Shown here: positions 1-11,315 of the stretch, one piece after another
Layout of the letters: every line of letters begins with the position of its first letter
How positions within the stretch are numbered: position 1 is the stretch's first letter
NCBI RefSeq assembly: GCF_964355755.1
Contig: NC_092676.1
Coordinates: 11,509,888-11,573,887, forward strand
Reading direction: 5' to 3'
DNA: 64,000 nucleotides
Source of the DNA: Antedon mediterranea
Taxonomy: Eukaryota > Animalia > Echinodermata
The notes under the pieces: generated by a model
Told to the model about the DNA's origin: nothing
The model's database searches: none
The model's input: the letters and a program-made list of their open reading frames with translations, nothing else
Made by a program: the position numbers and the translations under genes

Positions 1-553
1 AAAAAATTTGAAATTCCTTTAAGTTTGCCTTTTTTGGGTGAAAAACTTCAATTTTTGGGAAAAATACAGATTTCACTGCGCAAACAACAAAAAAAACTGC
101 GCAAACCTCCTTCAAAACAATTATTATTGATTAGAACACAACTAGAACTATATAGGGAGACAATTTATGAGAAAAAAAATTTGAAATTCCTTTAAGTTTG
201 CCTCTTTTGGGTGAAAAACTTCAATTTTTGGGAAAAATACAGATTTCACTGCGCAAACAACAAAAAAAGCTGCGCAAACCTCCTTCAAAACAATTATTAT
301 TGATTAGAACACAACTAGAACTATATAGGGAGACAATTTATGAGAAAAAAAATTTGAAATTCCTTTAAGTTTGCCTTTTTTTGGGTGAAAAACTTCAATT
401 TTTGGGAAAATTACTGATTTCACAGCGCAAACAACAAAAAAAGCTGCGCAAACCTCCTTTAAATCAATTAATATTGATTAAAACACAACTAGACCTAGGG
501 AGACAATTTATGGGGAAAAAAATTTGAAATTCCTTTAAGTTTGCCTTTTTTTG
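1..553. repeat. Tandem repeat (satellite-like), ~173-bp unit, 3+ copies, runs off the window start
   Basis: TTGAAATTCCTTTAAGTTTGCC recurs at ~8, 181, 354 and 524, with nearly identical intervening sequence. Confidence 0.95.
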
Positions 554-2301
554 GTATAATCCCACCTCGAGTATAATCCCACCCCCGACTTTACGATTAC
601 CTTCGCACGCAAGCATACCCCGGGCAAAGTCCCAGTGTATAATTTATCATTAGGACAGAGGTAGGCCTAGCTAGCTAGGCCGACGTCGATTTTTTAAAAA
701 GAAATTCTCACCCAAAAATAGAGTAATTTCTCTGAATTCGGCTGACTTAAAACTCATCAAACATTGGCCATCGTAAAGTTGAATACAACCTTAATATCAT
801 CGCCCCGATCTTCGCGTTCTGCACATCATGCATTCGCCGCACACTCGCTCGCCGTGTACATTCTGCATGCCTTGTTTACACTACTGCATGCTTGATTACC
901 ATAAAAAAAACACCGCCCTCTATATAAGCGGAGGTCCAATAGCTTGTTTAGAGAGCTCCCATTGCCATGTTTCTACACACTCAGCACACCAACTTTTTTT
1001 GATAGCTACTACCCTTAGACACAATAATCACGAGGTGTGCCGTTGCAAATTTACTGCGGCCATCTTGAAATCCAAGATGGCGGAAAAAATGGCCGCCATT
1101 TTATAGTGATGCACTTTATTGTTCATAACTTAATAAATATTTGATGTATTTTGTTGACATTAATGTTGATTAATAGCTAATTACATTATCTATTCAATAA
1201 AATATTTTTATTTCAACTTTATTGAAATTAAATTACTTTTTTTAAGCAAAAATGCAGAATTTTAGCCAAAAAATCAGCAAAATCTGTGATATACGATATT
1301 TATTATGTTAATTAAGGCAAGAAGCCATAATTATTTTTTTTTTCAGATATGCAAAAAAACTGACCCAATATATACTTTAAAAAAATGTGTAAACTACATG
1401 TGCTTGTGAAAAGGCAAACATAAGTTATTCGTTTGTGTACTTGTAGCAGGGATTTAATAATGTTGAGTAAAATTGTGAAGTTGAGGGCGCTATTTAAGTA
1501 AGATACAGGTACTCTATTTTCGGATGTAACTCATTAAATACTTAACCAATTATGATGAAAATAGATTTATTTTATAAATAATTAAACCTTCTTCCACGAG
1601 CCATTGTCTGTAAAAATCAAAGATTTGGTGGCAGATGTAAAAAAATGGATTTCTCTCAAATTTTTACCATGAATAGACATTTCAATAAAAAGCATATCTA
1701 CAACATTCATTTTAATTTTTAGCCTCCGTTGCCATGACAACGGTCAATTATCCAAATTTTGATGTTTTTGCCATTTTTCACAGATTTTCTATAGTGAAAA
1801 AGTACAAACTTGTATACTTATTTTAACCAAAAATACTTACAGTATCAGGGCTCGATTTAGTGCTAGCCCGGCGTACAATGGCTAGTAAAAACAGCTCCGG
1901 GCTACCTAAAGTATCTTCCTTTAAGCCCGTATGGCTAGTAGGTTGTGGGAACTCGAAATTGGGACGAAATGACCTCATAAAAATAACTCCAGCATGAAAG
2001 ACCTATGTCTTGGCAACATCAGCAAAAAAAAAACCACCCGCGCGCTGCTGTGGCCATAACAAGTGATGAAGTAGGCGGAGCCTCTCATAATCAAGCAAAT
2101 TTCCCGAATTATGATTGGCCATTTATGTTTTTGTCACCCAGGTTATTGTGAAGTAGGCGGAGCTTCATTAGCAGGTCAAACATGTCACAAAAATATGACC
2201 ATAAATAACGAACTGTGATTGGCCAAATGTAGTAGAATTTTGTCAATGTTAAAAATAACTTGTCTAGTCTTGTCAGGCCTGGTTGTCACGGATCAAATCT
2301 A

Positions 2302-3023
2302 GGGTCGTGTTCGTACGGTGGTTAAAATAAGCGCTTAATTTCACCCATGCCTCGGGTTATAAATTGAGCGTTGTTCGTACTTGAAATATTTAACCGCTTA
2401 AATGCTTAATCGACGAATCACAAACCGGAAATTACGTTTTAAGGTCAGTTGTCTTTACAACCTACGACCCCATTTTCGCACGCTAGTTTCGTGTTGTATA
2501 TTTTTTACTCGCGATCTTTCTTTACAATAACAATTACTTGCTACCTTTTACACTGCTTATCCTTGCGACAAACCTTATGCCTCTTAACGCCGATAATCCT
2601 GCCGAAATATGCCTTCTCCTGACGACCATTATTTTACTCATTGACGAAGAATTTGAGCCCAATGTTACACGACGGAAACACCACCGACCAGCTAGGCCTA
2701 CTACTAAACGGGGTGTATTCCTAAACGGTCTACACCAACAAGGACAGCACCAGCTGACGATCGCTCTCGAAGCGTGTATGGAAGAGCTTCGTAGGAGAAA
2801 TGACGGGCCTAGGCAGCGAACGTTTGTCAAAATTTGACACATTGCCTCTATCGGAGATTTATTATCCTCGAAGGCCGAGTATAATTGGATTATCGCTGAA
2901 ATAACCTGCAAATTTGGTGAACATTTTACCTCGAATTTTTTGTAGCCTGAGGCAAAAGTTAATTGGGCCACGCGAACGGAAATCGGGAATAAGCTGGTAT
3001 TTTCAACCCCTACGAACAGGCCC
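2302..3023. mobile_element. Degenerate MITE (PIF/Harbinger-like ends)
   Basis: Imperfect TIRs GGGTCGTGTTCGTACGGTGGTTAAAATA vs reverse complement GGGCCTGTTCGTAGGGGTTGAAAATA; flanked by TA on both sides. Confidence 0.5.
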
Positions 3024-3236
3024 TAGGGATATTTTGTAGGGCTGGGTGGCTGGCTCTATCCCTGTAGGTAGGCCATGGAGGCCATATTTTATAATATGCG
3101 TAGGCCTAGATAGTATTAAAAGCAATCATTTGGCATCGTGATGGCTGCTCAGCAGCTAGGCCTAGCTAGGTACTACCATTTTGGTAACAGTAGGCCAGGT
3201 GCTCCAATGCGGCCTAGGCCTAGACCTAGTAGTACT

Positions 3237-3415
3237 TGTCGTGTATCGTCGTAGACAAATTAATAAGTACGTTGAGATGAGTATAATAATGAACGTATTT
3301 AATGAAACCAACTAGCCTAGTAGTCATGAACAATAGTATAGAACGTTTTGTAGGCTAACCTCGTCAGACCATATGCGCAGTACGCATATATATATGTGCG
3401 CGTGCATATACTACA
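3237..3415 (-). repeat. 3' LTR
   Basis: Direct repeat of 7819-7997 with one visible mismatch (AATTAATAAG vs AATTGATAAG). Confidence 0.97.
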
Positions 3416-3432
3416 CTCCTCCTTTCTTATTT
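3416..3432 (-). promoter_or_regulatory. Polypurine tract
   Basis: Minus strand AAATAAGAAAGGAGGAG immediately precedes the 3' LTR. Confidence 0.85.
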
Positions 3433-3658
3433 TAACGTTAACATTATATCAATAAGCACAATAAACTTTCGTTAATTATTTTGTTAATCAAATAGGTTAA
3501 TCATCGTGATTAAATTACTGCTTCTATAGTTCCAGATAGTTCTTATTTGGTTCCTCATAATAGCTAACAAATGTGAGTAATTCTCACCATTATAATTTTG
3601 TGTAAAAACATGAACAACATAACTTTAACGTTCATAATAATAACATTGTTCACAAGTT

Positions 3659-6600
3659 CTATATCTCTTCGATAAGTCGTGTTGGCTTCCTTCGAAGTCG
3701 CGTGGAGCGTCGTGGAATAACCTCAGGCGATGAAGACAATCTATGTTCCTCTTCAACCGGTTGGTTGGTGGATGTTTGCTCTTTGTTCGCAATCGTTTCG
3801 CTCGCAATCGTTATTGGTACTGTCTGTTTAATCTTGTGTTTCAACTCGCTATGTGAAGTAGGGGTTTTACTCGCGTAAGCGTCCGCGTCTGTCGCTTTCA
3901 ACTGGTCAATGTGTCTTTTCCACACTTGGCCATCCTCAACACTAATTACGTATGATTTTGGAGCGGTACGTTCTATCACGGTACCTGGCCACCACTTTCC
4001 CTCTTGTCGGAAATCTTTCACTAATACCATTTCACCTGGGTAAAATTCTCGTAGATCTTTCGTTTTGTCGTGATGAAGCTTCTGATCACTCTGCTTGTTA
4101 AGTACCTTGTTTTCTGTACTGGGATGTAAAAGTGATACTCGCGTTCTCAACTCACGGCCCATGAATAACTTCGCTGGCGTTTGTCCCGTAGTTGCGTGTT
4201 TTGTTGTGCGATACGATAAAAGAAATCTGTCCAAACATTGTTGGAAATCCTTCCCATTAGCTCGGCTTGCCGCTAACGATCTTTTGAAAGATTGAACCAT
4301 TCGTTCTGCTGCTCCGTTGCTTGCGGCGTGATAAGGTGCAACCTTTACATGTTTCACCCCGTTTTGCTTTAAGAAGAATTCAAATTCGTCGCTAACAAAC
4401 TGAGGTCCATTATCGCTTACAAGTTGAACAGGCAATCCGTATCTACTGAACAACTCTCTCATCGCTTTGATGGTCGCTGCACTCGTCGTACTGTTCATCT
4501 GAACGACTTCTGGCCATTTCGAATATGAGTCAACCACTACTAGATAATCTCGTTTATCTTTCTGCGCATAGTCAATATGTATTCGTGTCCAAGGCTGATT
4601 TGGCCAGATCCAGGGCATCATTGGTGCTACGCTTGGTCGACTTTGTGTTTGGTGACATGCTTGACATTGCTTCACCAATCGTTCAATGTCGGAATCTATC
4701 TGGGGCCACCAGACATGACTTCGCGCAATCTCTTTCATACGCACGATTCCGGGGTGAGCACAATGAAGCTCCTCCAGAACTGCCCCTCTGAGTTTCGGTG
4801 GAATCACTACCCTGTATCCCCACAGCAAACAGTCCTGTTCTACACTCAATTCGTCTCTTCGGTGTAGGAATGGTTTTAGATCGTCGTCGTTTTCTGACTG
4901 CCATAAACCTGTCTGTACCATGTATAACACTTTGCTCAATAGCGGGTCTTTCCTGGTATGCTGTTGTACGTTCGTACTCGTGACTGGCAAATTGTCTAAT
5001 GTATGCCCCGCTATGTTATATACTGCATCGTCTTCCCGTCCTTCGTATGGCATTGGGAGACGTGAGAGTGCGTCGGCAATTACGTTCTGTTTTCCAGGAA
5101 TGAACTTTAAATCGTATTCGAACGCTGACAGTACGATTGCCCATCGCTGTAATCTCTGTGCGGCCAGTGTCGGAATAGCTGATTTAGGTCCTAGAATGCG
5201 TTCAAGTGGCTTATGATCAGTTCTTATCGTGAATTTCCGTCCGTATAAGTATGTTCTAAACCTTTGAAGTCCAAACATGATGCTTAGGGCTTCCTTGTCT
5301 AGTTGTGCATAACCCTTTTCGTGTTTATGCAGGCTTCGCGATGCGTACGCGATCGGTGTTTTGATATTGTTCTCGTTTACGTGGCAAATGACTGCGCCAA
5401 CTCCGTATGGTGATGCGTCCGTGTATAGTTCCAGTGGTTTTAATGGGTCATAATGCGTCAACATCATGTCTTCGCTAATAATTCGCTTTACCGCGTTAAA
5501 CGCTTTACTACAGTCGACAGTCCATGACCATGGTTTGCTTCCCAACAGCTCATTCAAAGGATGTATCATCGTCGATAATCGTGGAATAAATGACGCGTGA
5601 TAGTTAACTAGTCCTAGCCAGGATCTTAGTTCTGTTGCATTCTGTGGTGCTCGTGCATCCTTGATGGCTTTCACTTTATCGTTTGTCGGTTGAATTCCTG
5701 CTGCTGATAGCTTACGTCCCATGTAGACTACTTCCTTTTGTACAAACGCGCATTTCTCAGCTTTCACTCTGAGACCATACTTGTTAAATCTCTCAAATAG
5801 TTTCTCAAGATTACTAATATGCTCTTTATCAGACGCACCTGTAACAAGAACATCGTCCATGATCGCACATGTTCCTTTAAGTCCTGCTATCACCTGTTCT
5901 ATGAATCGCTGCCATATGGCTGGACTGGACGAAATACCAAACGGTAACCTCGTGTATCGATATAATCCGCGGTGCGTGTTGATCGTTACCAACTCTTGCG
6001 CCTCGTCTTCCAGTACTAACTGCTGGTACGCACATTTCAAATCAATCTTAGAGAATCGCTTTCCACCTCCCAACTTGGTGAAAACTTCCTCTGGGGTCGG
6101 AATTGGATATTCGTCGCAATTTAAACTCGGGTTGACTGTTACTTTATAATCTCCGCAGACACGTACCCTGCCATCGGCCTTTGGAATACATACCAATGGG
6201 GTTGCCCACTGACTAAAGTCTACCGGATAAATAACTCCTTCGTTTTGCATTCTGTCTAACTCTACCTCAACTGCGGAGCGTAGCGCAAATGGAACATTTC
6301 GAGCTTTGCAGAATTTTGGGATTGCGTTCACTTTTAGATGTAATGTCGCTTTGTGTCCCTGAACCGTACCTAATTCCGTTCGGAAAACTTCTGGGAACTT
6401 CCGTTTGAATGACTGACCGACATCGTTATCTATTTCTACCGAATTCTGAGCAAGCGATGGTGGAAATAATGACTTCCAGTCCAACTTAATCACTTCTAAC
6501 CAGGTTCTTCCAAGCAAGGGTGGTGAGTTTCGTCGCTGTGTTCTCACTACTATCAGTGGGAGAACGTTACTCTGGCCCCTATAGTTCACGGTGACTTTAA

Positions 6601-6757
6601 TTTCTCCTGCTATATCGAGCTTAGTACCTGTGTATGCGTGAAGTGTACGTTTTACTGACTTTAATGGTAGATGGCTAAGCTTGCTTTCGTAATCGTCAAA
6701 GCTAATTATCGATACTGCTGCGCCCGTATCTACTTCAAAATCAATATCTATCATCAA
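3659..6757 (-). CDS. Gypsy Pol polyprotein (aspartic protease, RT, RNase H, integrase)
   Basis: Protease FEVDTGAAVS; RT RVCGDYK, RLPFGISSSP, IMDD; RNase H TDASPYGVGAV, TDHKPL; integrase HHCC (HCAHPG...CQAC), RIHIDYA, VSDNGPQF, SNGAAER. Confidence 0.95.
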   Translation of the reverse strand: MMIDIDFEVDTGAAVSIISFDDYESKLSHLPLKSVKRTLHAYTGTKLDIAGEIKVTVNYRGQSNVLPLIVVRTQRRNSPPLLGRTWLEVIKLDWKSLFPPSLAQNSVEIDNDVGQSFKRKFPEVFRTELGTVQGHKATLHLKVNAIPKFCKARNVPFALRSAVEVELDRMQNEGVIYPVDFSQWATPLVCIPKADGRVRVCGDYKVTVNPSLNCDEYPIPTPEEVFTKLGGGKRFSKIDLKCAYQQLVLEDEAQELVTINTHRGLYRYTRLPFGISSSPAIWQRFIEQVIAGLKGTCAIMDDVLVTGASDKEHISNLEKLFERFNKYGLRVKAEKCAFVQKEVVYMGRKLSAAGIQPTNDKVKAIKDARAPQNATELRSWLGLVNYHASFIPRLSTMIHPLNELLGSKPWSWTVDCSKAFNAVKRIISEDMMLTHYDPLKPLELYTDASPYGVGAVICHVNENNIKTPIAYASRSLHKHEKGYAQLDKEALSIMFGLQRFRTYLYGRKFTIRTDHKPLERILGPKSAIPTLAAQRLQRWAIVLSAFEYDLKFIPGKQNVIADALSRLPMPYEGREDDAVYNIAGHTLDNLPVTSTNVQQHTRKDPLLSKVLYMVQTGLWQSENDDDLKPFLHRRDELSVEQDCLLWGYRVVIPPKLRGAVLEELHCAHPGIVRMKEIARSHVWWPQIDSDIERLVKQCQACHQTQSRPSVAPMMPWIWPNQPWTRIHIDYAQKDKRDYLVVVDSYSKWPEVVQMNSTTSAATIKAMRELFSRYGLPVQLVSDNGPQFVSDEFEFFLKQNGVKHVKVAPYHAASNGAAERMVQSFKRSLAASRANGKDFQQCLDRFLLSYRTTKHATTGQTPAKLFMGRELRTRVSLLHPSTENKVLNKQSDQKLHHDKTKDLREFYPGEMVLVKDFRQEGKWWPGTVIERTAPKSYVISVEDGQVWKRHIDQLKATDADAYASKTPTSHSELKHKIKQTVPITIASETIANKEQTSTNQPVEEEHRLSSSPEVIPRRSTRLRRKPTRLIEEI

Positions 6758-7643
6758 CTCGCATCTGTACCGTTATTGGTGGTACCGAATTGTCCTGTTT
6801 AATGCCTACGCAAAACATTGTATCTACAAAATCGTCATTACCTTCGTCGTAATCCGGTGCTTCTACTTGCTTGATGGATTTAGGTTTATATTGTTTTGTT
6901 GATTTACTCGACTGCCTGCATTCTGATTTTAGGTGTCCTTGTTTGTTGCATTTAAAGCATGTAGCGTTTTTGTATTTACACGTATCTCTTGTATGATTGT
7001 TCATACCACAGCGGTCACATTTCTGCGTTCGTGTTAGGTTTGACGCTTGATAAGTTTTCGTAGACTTCCTGCTGTTAGACGTAACGTGGTTGATTGGCTT
7101 GTCCACATCGTGCGACATACTTTTCATATTCGCTGTTGCTGCCTCCGAGGCTATGGCTATGTCTGTTGCTTCCTTGAACGTATGGTTCTTTGTCAATAAT
7201 TTCTTTTGGATGCTCTGACTTATTAGTCCACATACGAACTGATCACGCAGTGCGTTTTCCAATGCCTCTCCTTCAAAACCACAATGTATCGCCTTTTTCT
7301 TTAGATGGGATACAAATTGAGAAATAGTCTGTCCCGGTGTCTGTTTTACATTTCTGAATATAAATCGTTCAGAAATCGTTATTCGAGTAGGTTTGTAATG
7401 CTCTTTGAGCTTGGTTATGAGCGTATCGTACGATTTTGTACTTGGTTTATCAGGAAAACACAAATCTCGTATCGTTGTGTATCCAGTCTCTCCTAAACTA
7501 CTCAATAATATCGCTCTTTTCTTACCTCCGTCATTGATATCTAATGCCACAAAATATTGTTCCAGCCTGTCCACATACGTATCTATGTCTCCATCCTGGA
7601 CGTTGAATTCCTCGAATAGAATTCTGGTATTAGCCGCTGCCAT
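6741..7643 (-). CDS. Gypsy Gag with two CCHC zinc knuckles
   Basis: YVDRLEQYF and LRDQFVCGL motifs; knuckles CDRCGMNNHTRDTC and CFKCNKQGHLKSEC. The C-terminus reads into the start of the protease. Confidence 0.93.
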   Translation of the reverse strand: MAAANTRILFEEFNVQDGDIDTYVDRLEQYFVALDINDGGKKRAILLSSLGETGYTTIRDLCFPDKPSTKSYDTLITKLKEHYKPTRITISERFIFRNVKQTPGQTISQFVSHLKKKAIHCGFEGEALENALRDQFVCGLISQSIQKKLLTKNHTFKEATDIAIASEAATANMKSMSHDVDKPINHVTSNSRKSTKTYQASNLTRTQKCDRCGMNNHTRDTCKYKNATCFKCNKQGHLKSECRQSSKSTKQYKPKSIKQVEAPDYDEGNDDFVDTMFCVGIKQDNSVPPITVQMRVDDRY

Positions 7644-7804
7644 TACCGCGCTTCGCTCTGTACGTTCAGGGCGCTCAGAATCGTTATTAGCCTGTGCGGT
7701 TCCTTGGTTACGGTTGCCGTTGTTGGAAAATCAAAAACTGCTAGCCTAGGCCTATTTTTATAATATTATTATACTTCCGTTTCTTTCTATGTAAATGTGC
7801 CTGT

Positions 7805-7817
7805 ATCCTCGTCGCCA
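7805..7817 (-). promoter_or_regulatory. Primer binding site complementary to the tRNA-Ser(GCU) 3' end
   Basis: Minus strand TGGCGACGAGGAT lies 1 nt inside the 5' LTR; metazoan tRNA-Ser(GCU) ends ...ATCCTCGTCGCCA. Confidence 0.85.
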
Positions 7818-7818
7818 G

Positions 7819-7997
7819 TGTCGTGTATCGTCGTAGACAAATTGATAAGTACGTTGAGATGAGTATAATAATGAACGTATTTAATGAAACCAACTAGCCT
7901 AGTAGTCATGAACAATAGTATAGAACGTTTTGTAGGCTAACCTCGTCAGACCATATGCGCAGTACGCATATATATATGTGCGCGTGCATATACTACA
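7819..7997 (-). repeat. 5' LTR
   Basis: Direct repeat of 3237-3415, adjacent to the PBS. Confidence 0.97.
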
Positions 7998-8189
7998 GTA
8001 CTAGTAGGCTAGGCCTAGGCCTAGGCCTAGTAGGTATGTCTATCCTAGCTACCCTACTACTACTAGGCCTAGTACTAGGCTAGGCCTAGTACTATAATAA
8101 TAGGCTCTAGGCTAGGCCTAGAAGGTAGACAGAATCTGATATTATTAAGTGATAAGTTTTCATGGCTAGGTTGAAGCCCAACAACAAAA

Positions 8190-8938
8190 GGCGCTACTGC
8201 AGTTTCGCACCACACCGTTATATCTTTGATTTCTCACCAAAACTTTCCTTTTTCAAACTCACAACATAATATTATGCAACATGTTTATACGATTCGACCA
8301 CTTACGAAGTAATTTTTTTTAAATAACAATACTTTTCAAACATTTTAAACCATACTGAACTCGCTGTCAACACACTGCGAAATGTTCGCCATCTTATTAT
8401 ATTTATCACTTAATTGCCAGAATGTATGCTTCATTTTCCCCCAAAAATGTAGAAACTATAGAAGGCAGTGTTATAAAATCCGATTACACAATATATATAG
8501 GCTTATTTAGTTTTGAAAGGCAAGAATGTTTTCAGCTGGCGAAATAGAGGTTAAATTAATATTTCATTATTAGTATTATTATTCATATTAAAAGGGTCCT
8601 TATGTACGGACTCATATCGTCGCCGTTTTGATATGTACAGCTGGTTCGTTATAAAAACCACTCTTTGCAGTTTAAAAATAAAAACAGAAAATAAAACATA
8701 CATTGATTTCTGCTCTGGCAATTTTCTGATTCTAAAATGGCCACAGTTCGATCAAAGTATTCGCGGAAAAAGAGCGGTTTTGAAAGGCATTTTTTATTGT
8801 GATAAAGGTAATATAACGGTGGCTAAATCATGGGAACATGTTACAGAATGGCCCAAAACTGTATGATGTGGGTGTGAGAAAAAAAATTAAGCGAGAAGTC
8901 GAAGATATAACAGTGTGGTGCGAAACTGCAGTAGCGCC
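8190..8938. mobile_element. MITE, Merlin/IS1016-like
   Basis: ~45-bp TIR beginning GGCGCTACTGCAGTTTCGCACCACAC; 8-bp TSD CAACAAAA (8182-8189, 8939-8946). A GGNRM start with an 8-bp TSD fits Merlin. Confidence 0.8.
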
Positions 8939-10784
8939 CAACAAAAAGACCTCAATAAATCGATTCTGTGAATATGGTAATGAAGCATGAAATAGACTAG
9001 GCCTAGGGCCTAGGTATGCGACGCAAAGTTAATTTTTATAATGTGAACAATAAAGAAATACAATTTTGTGTAATTTTTCATGCAATAATAGTTTAATACA
9101 GTATGGTATGTAAATGTGTAGCAATTCTCGAGCGTTTAGATTAGTGCGCCCTCTATTGTACAAAATGCCTGAATTCATTTATATGGCGGCCCTGCTATCA
9201 CGGTGCGATATGAGTGGGCTAGTAAAATAATGTATGGGCTAGTGAAATCTAGAGTGAACTAGCCCAGTGGGCTAGCAACATGAAAAAGATAAATCGAGCC
9301 CTGCAGTATACAGTTTTTGTTTATAGCAGTGTAAACAACATGTATTGAGTTCCATTTAATGTAGAAAAAAAAAATTATAAAATGGAGTTTGGTTGATACC
9401 ATTATTTTAAAAAGGGGTGTTTTTTAAAAATATTTTTTTTATAAAAGTATACCTCATAAACGTACCTTCCAAAGTGGTGTTTTTAAATCAATGAGATTTT
9501 TTAATTTGATAGTCAATAGGTTTGTCAATAATAATCACGAAAAAAACACTGGGGTAAATTTCGTACATAGGTTTTGTGTTGCCAGGAAAATATGAAAAAT
9601 GCAAAAAATATAACAAAATATCAACAAACAAAACACATGAAACATAATTTAAATATGGCTAATCCAATAATAAAATGTATATATGGCTTGTCATAATGCT
9701 ACTAGAGTCATACGAATAGTTTAGATAAAATAGGAGAATGTGTTGCCAGGTTTATTTCAATTAATTGCCAGAAAAACAGTATTTTGCATTGAAATATTTT
9801 GTTGATGGAAAATAATGTTAAACTTGGAAATAATTGAGTCAATGGTTTTTATAAATTTTTAAATCTATTTTGTGTAAAGAGATACAGAAAGACCTCCCAA
9901 AAAATCTGACCTTGTAAATAGGTCATTTGAGGTCAAAAGGGGTCAGAATGCAAAACAGGACAGGTCCCCACTTTACTACAACTATTAATGTTTGATCAAA
10001 ATTTACAAGATAGTTCATAACAATTCTCAACAATTTTCATATTTTACCTATAGTGTTACCTTAGCAACCATTTCTATGTGTAACTAAGGAAAGTAAGTTA
10101 AAAAAAAAACGTAAAAAATGGCGTTTTTATAAATACAAAGAATTGATTGCATTTGTACATGTTTCTCAATTTTACTTCTACTGCATTCCATTAATGACAA
10201 ACTTGACCTTGTAAATTCATTCATTTTGAGGTCAACATTTTACCATAGTAACTGTTTCTATGCGAAAATTTAAAATAAATAAGGGGTTTTTCATAAATAA
10301 AAAACATTTTTTCTACATAGTTTTACATTTTTACTTTTTGCCAAATTTACTGAATCCTAATAATCTCAGAAAGAAAGTCTTGACGAATCTGAATAAAGGT
10401 AAAAAAAAATGACCTTTAGTGTTATCTTAAACCTGTTTACGTAACAAATGATATTTAAAAAAAAATTAAATATGGAGTTTCATGAAAAAAAAAAATTTTA
10501 CATATTGAGGTCAAATGACATCAACATTTTACCTATAGTGTATTGTAGCAACTGTTTCTATACGTAACTAAGTACAATATTTTTAATATGGGGTTTCATG
10601 ACTACAAACAATTGATTACATAGCTTTACTACCTTTTCCTAAATTTACTTATCTACTGAATCCCAGAAAATGTCTGACCTTGTGAAAGGGTCATTTTTTG
10701 GGTCAAGTTATGTCAAAATGTATTATTTATGTTATCTTAGAACCTGTTTCTATGCGTAACTAAGGATAATCGTTTTGTTAAATA

Positions 10785-11315
10785 CAGTTGAACCTCCCGT
10801 AAGTGGCCACCCTCGGGACCTGAAAAAGTGGCCGCTTACGGGCGGTGACCCCTTACGGGAGGTTCTGCCGATAAAGGGCCAAAATCACTTATTATGGCTA
10901 TATACGATATTCTTAACGAAACGAGCCTCTCAATTTTCCAGCTAATTGTAGGCATATTATTATTTATAATCAGGTGGTTTAGTATTTTTTAGCATTTTCA
11001 GACAAATTTTAAAAACTTTTATCATATTAAAAATGGTCGGTCAAAATCTGTGTAGTTTTCTCATCTCTTCACAGTAATGTTTTTAAAACCTCTTCAAAAT
11101 AAAGCTAATATATAAAGAAATACAATAAACATGCACCTCTAATTCATAGGTCCATGCAATAAGTATCACATTTTTCGATTGGCCGCTTACAAAAAATCTC
11201 ATTTTTAGTATAAAAAGGTGTTCGCAGCTGCTTACGGTAAGCACCAAATGCACTAATTAGATAGGAAGAACAAACAGGCTTTTCAAAGTGCGTCCGTTAA
11301 GGGAGGTGGCCGCTG
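10785..11315. mobile_element. pogo/Tigger-like MITE, right end partly deleted
   Basis: TA|CAGTTGAACCTCCCGTAAGTGGCCACC start, repeated GTGGCCGCTTAC motifs, and an end ...GGGAGGTGGCCGCTG|TA. Confidence 0.6.

Larger units (their letters stand above)
3237..7997 (-). mobile_element. Full-length Ty3/Gypsy LTR retrotransposon, Mag-like
   Basis: Two 179-bp TG...CA LTRs, 5-bp TSD GTACT (3232-3236, 7998-8002), PBS, PPT, and gag plus pol in PR-RT-RH-IN order. Confidence 0.97.
1846..9303. mobile_element. Non-autonomous hAT-like element with 6-bp TSD
   Basis: TIR CAGGGCTCGATTTA / TAAATCGAGCCCTG, repeated subterminal GGCTAG/CTAGCCC motifs at both ends, and CAGTAT duplicated at 1840-1845 and 9304-9309. 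Confidence 0.8.

Noticed and set aside
1-553. Regular repeats that might suggest a CRISPR array
   Set aside because: Whole 173-bp units repeat with no unique spacers, no cas genes are present and the context is eukaryotic.
828-1106. 92-aa ORF nearly identical to ORF 16849..17064, suggesting a duplicated small gene
   Set aside because: Both are translations of the inverted terminal arms of one non-coding transposon family; KMAA/AAIL comes from the common AAAATGGCGGCC motif.
2534-2971. Overlapping 145-aa and 99-aa ORFs
   Set aside because: They lie inside a degenerate MITE, use non-ATG starts and show no recognisable domain.
5850-5870. RT active site reads IMDD rather than YxDD
   Set aside because: Both catalytic aspartates are present and variation at the first position occurs in Mag-type Gypsy RTs, so it is not evidence of novelty by itself.
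4095-7749. Several + strand ORFs antisense to gag/pol (likewise 17287..18435 antisense to the LINE)
   Set aside because: Shadow ORFs of long coding sequences on the opposite strand, with no motifs.
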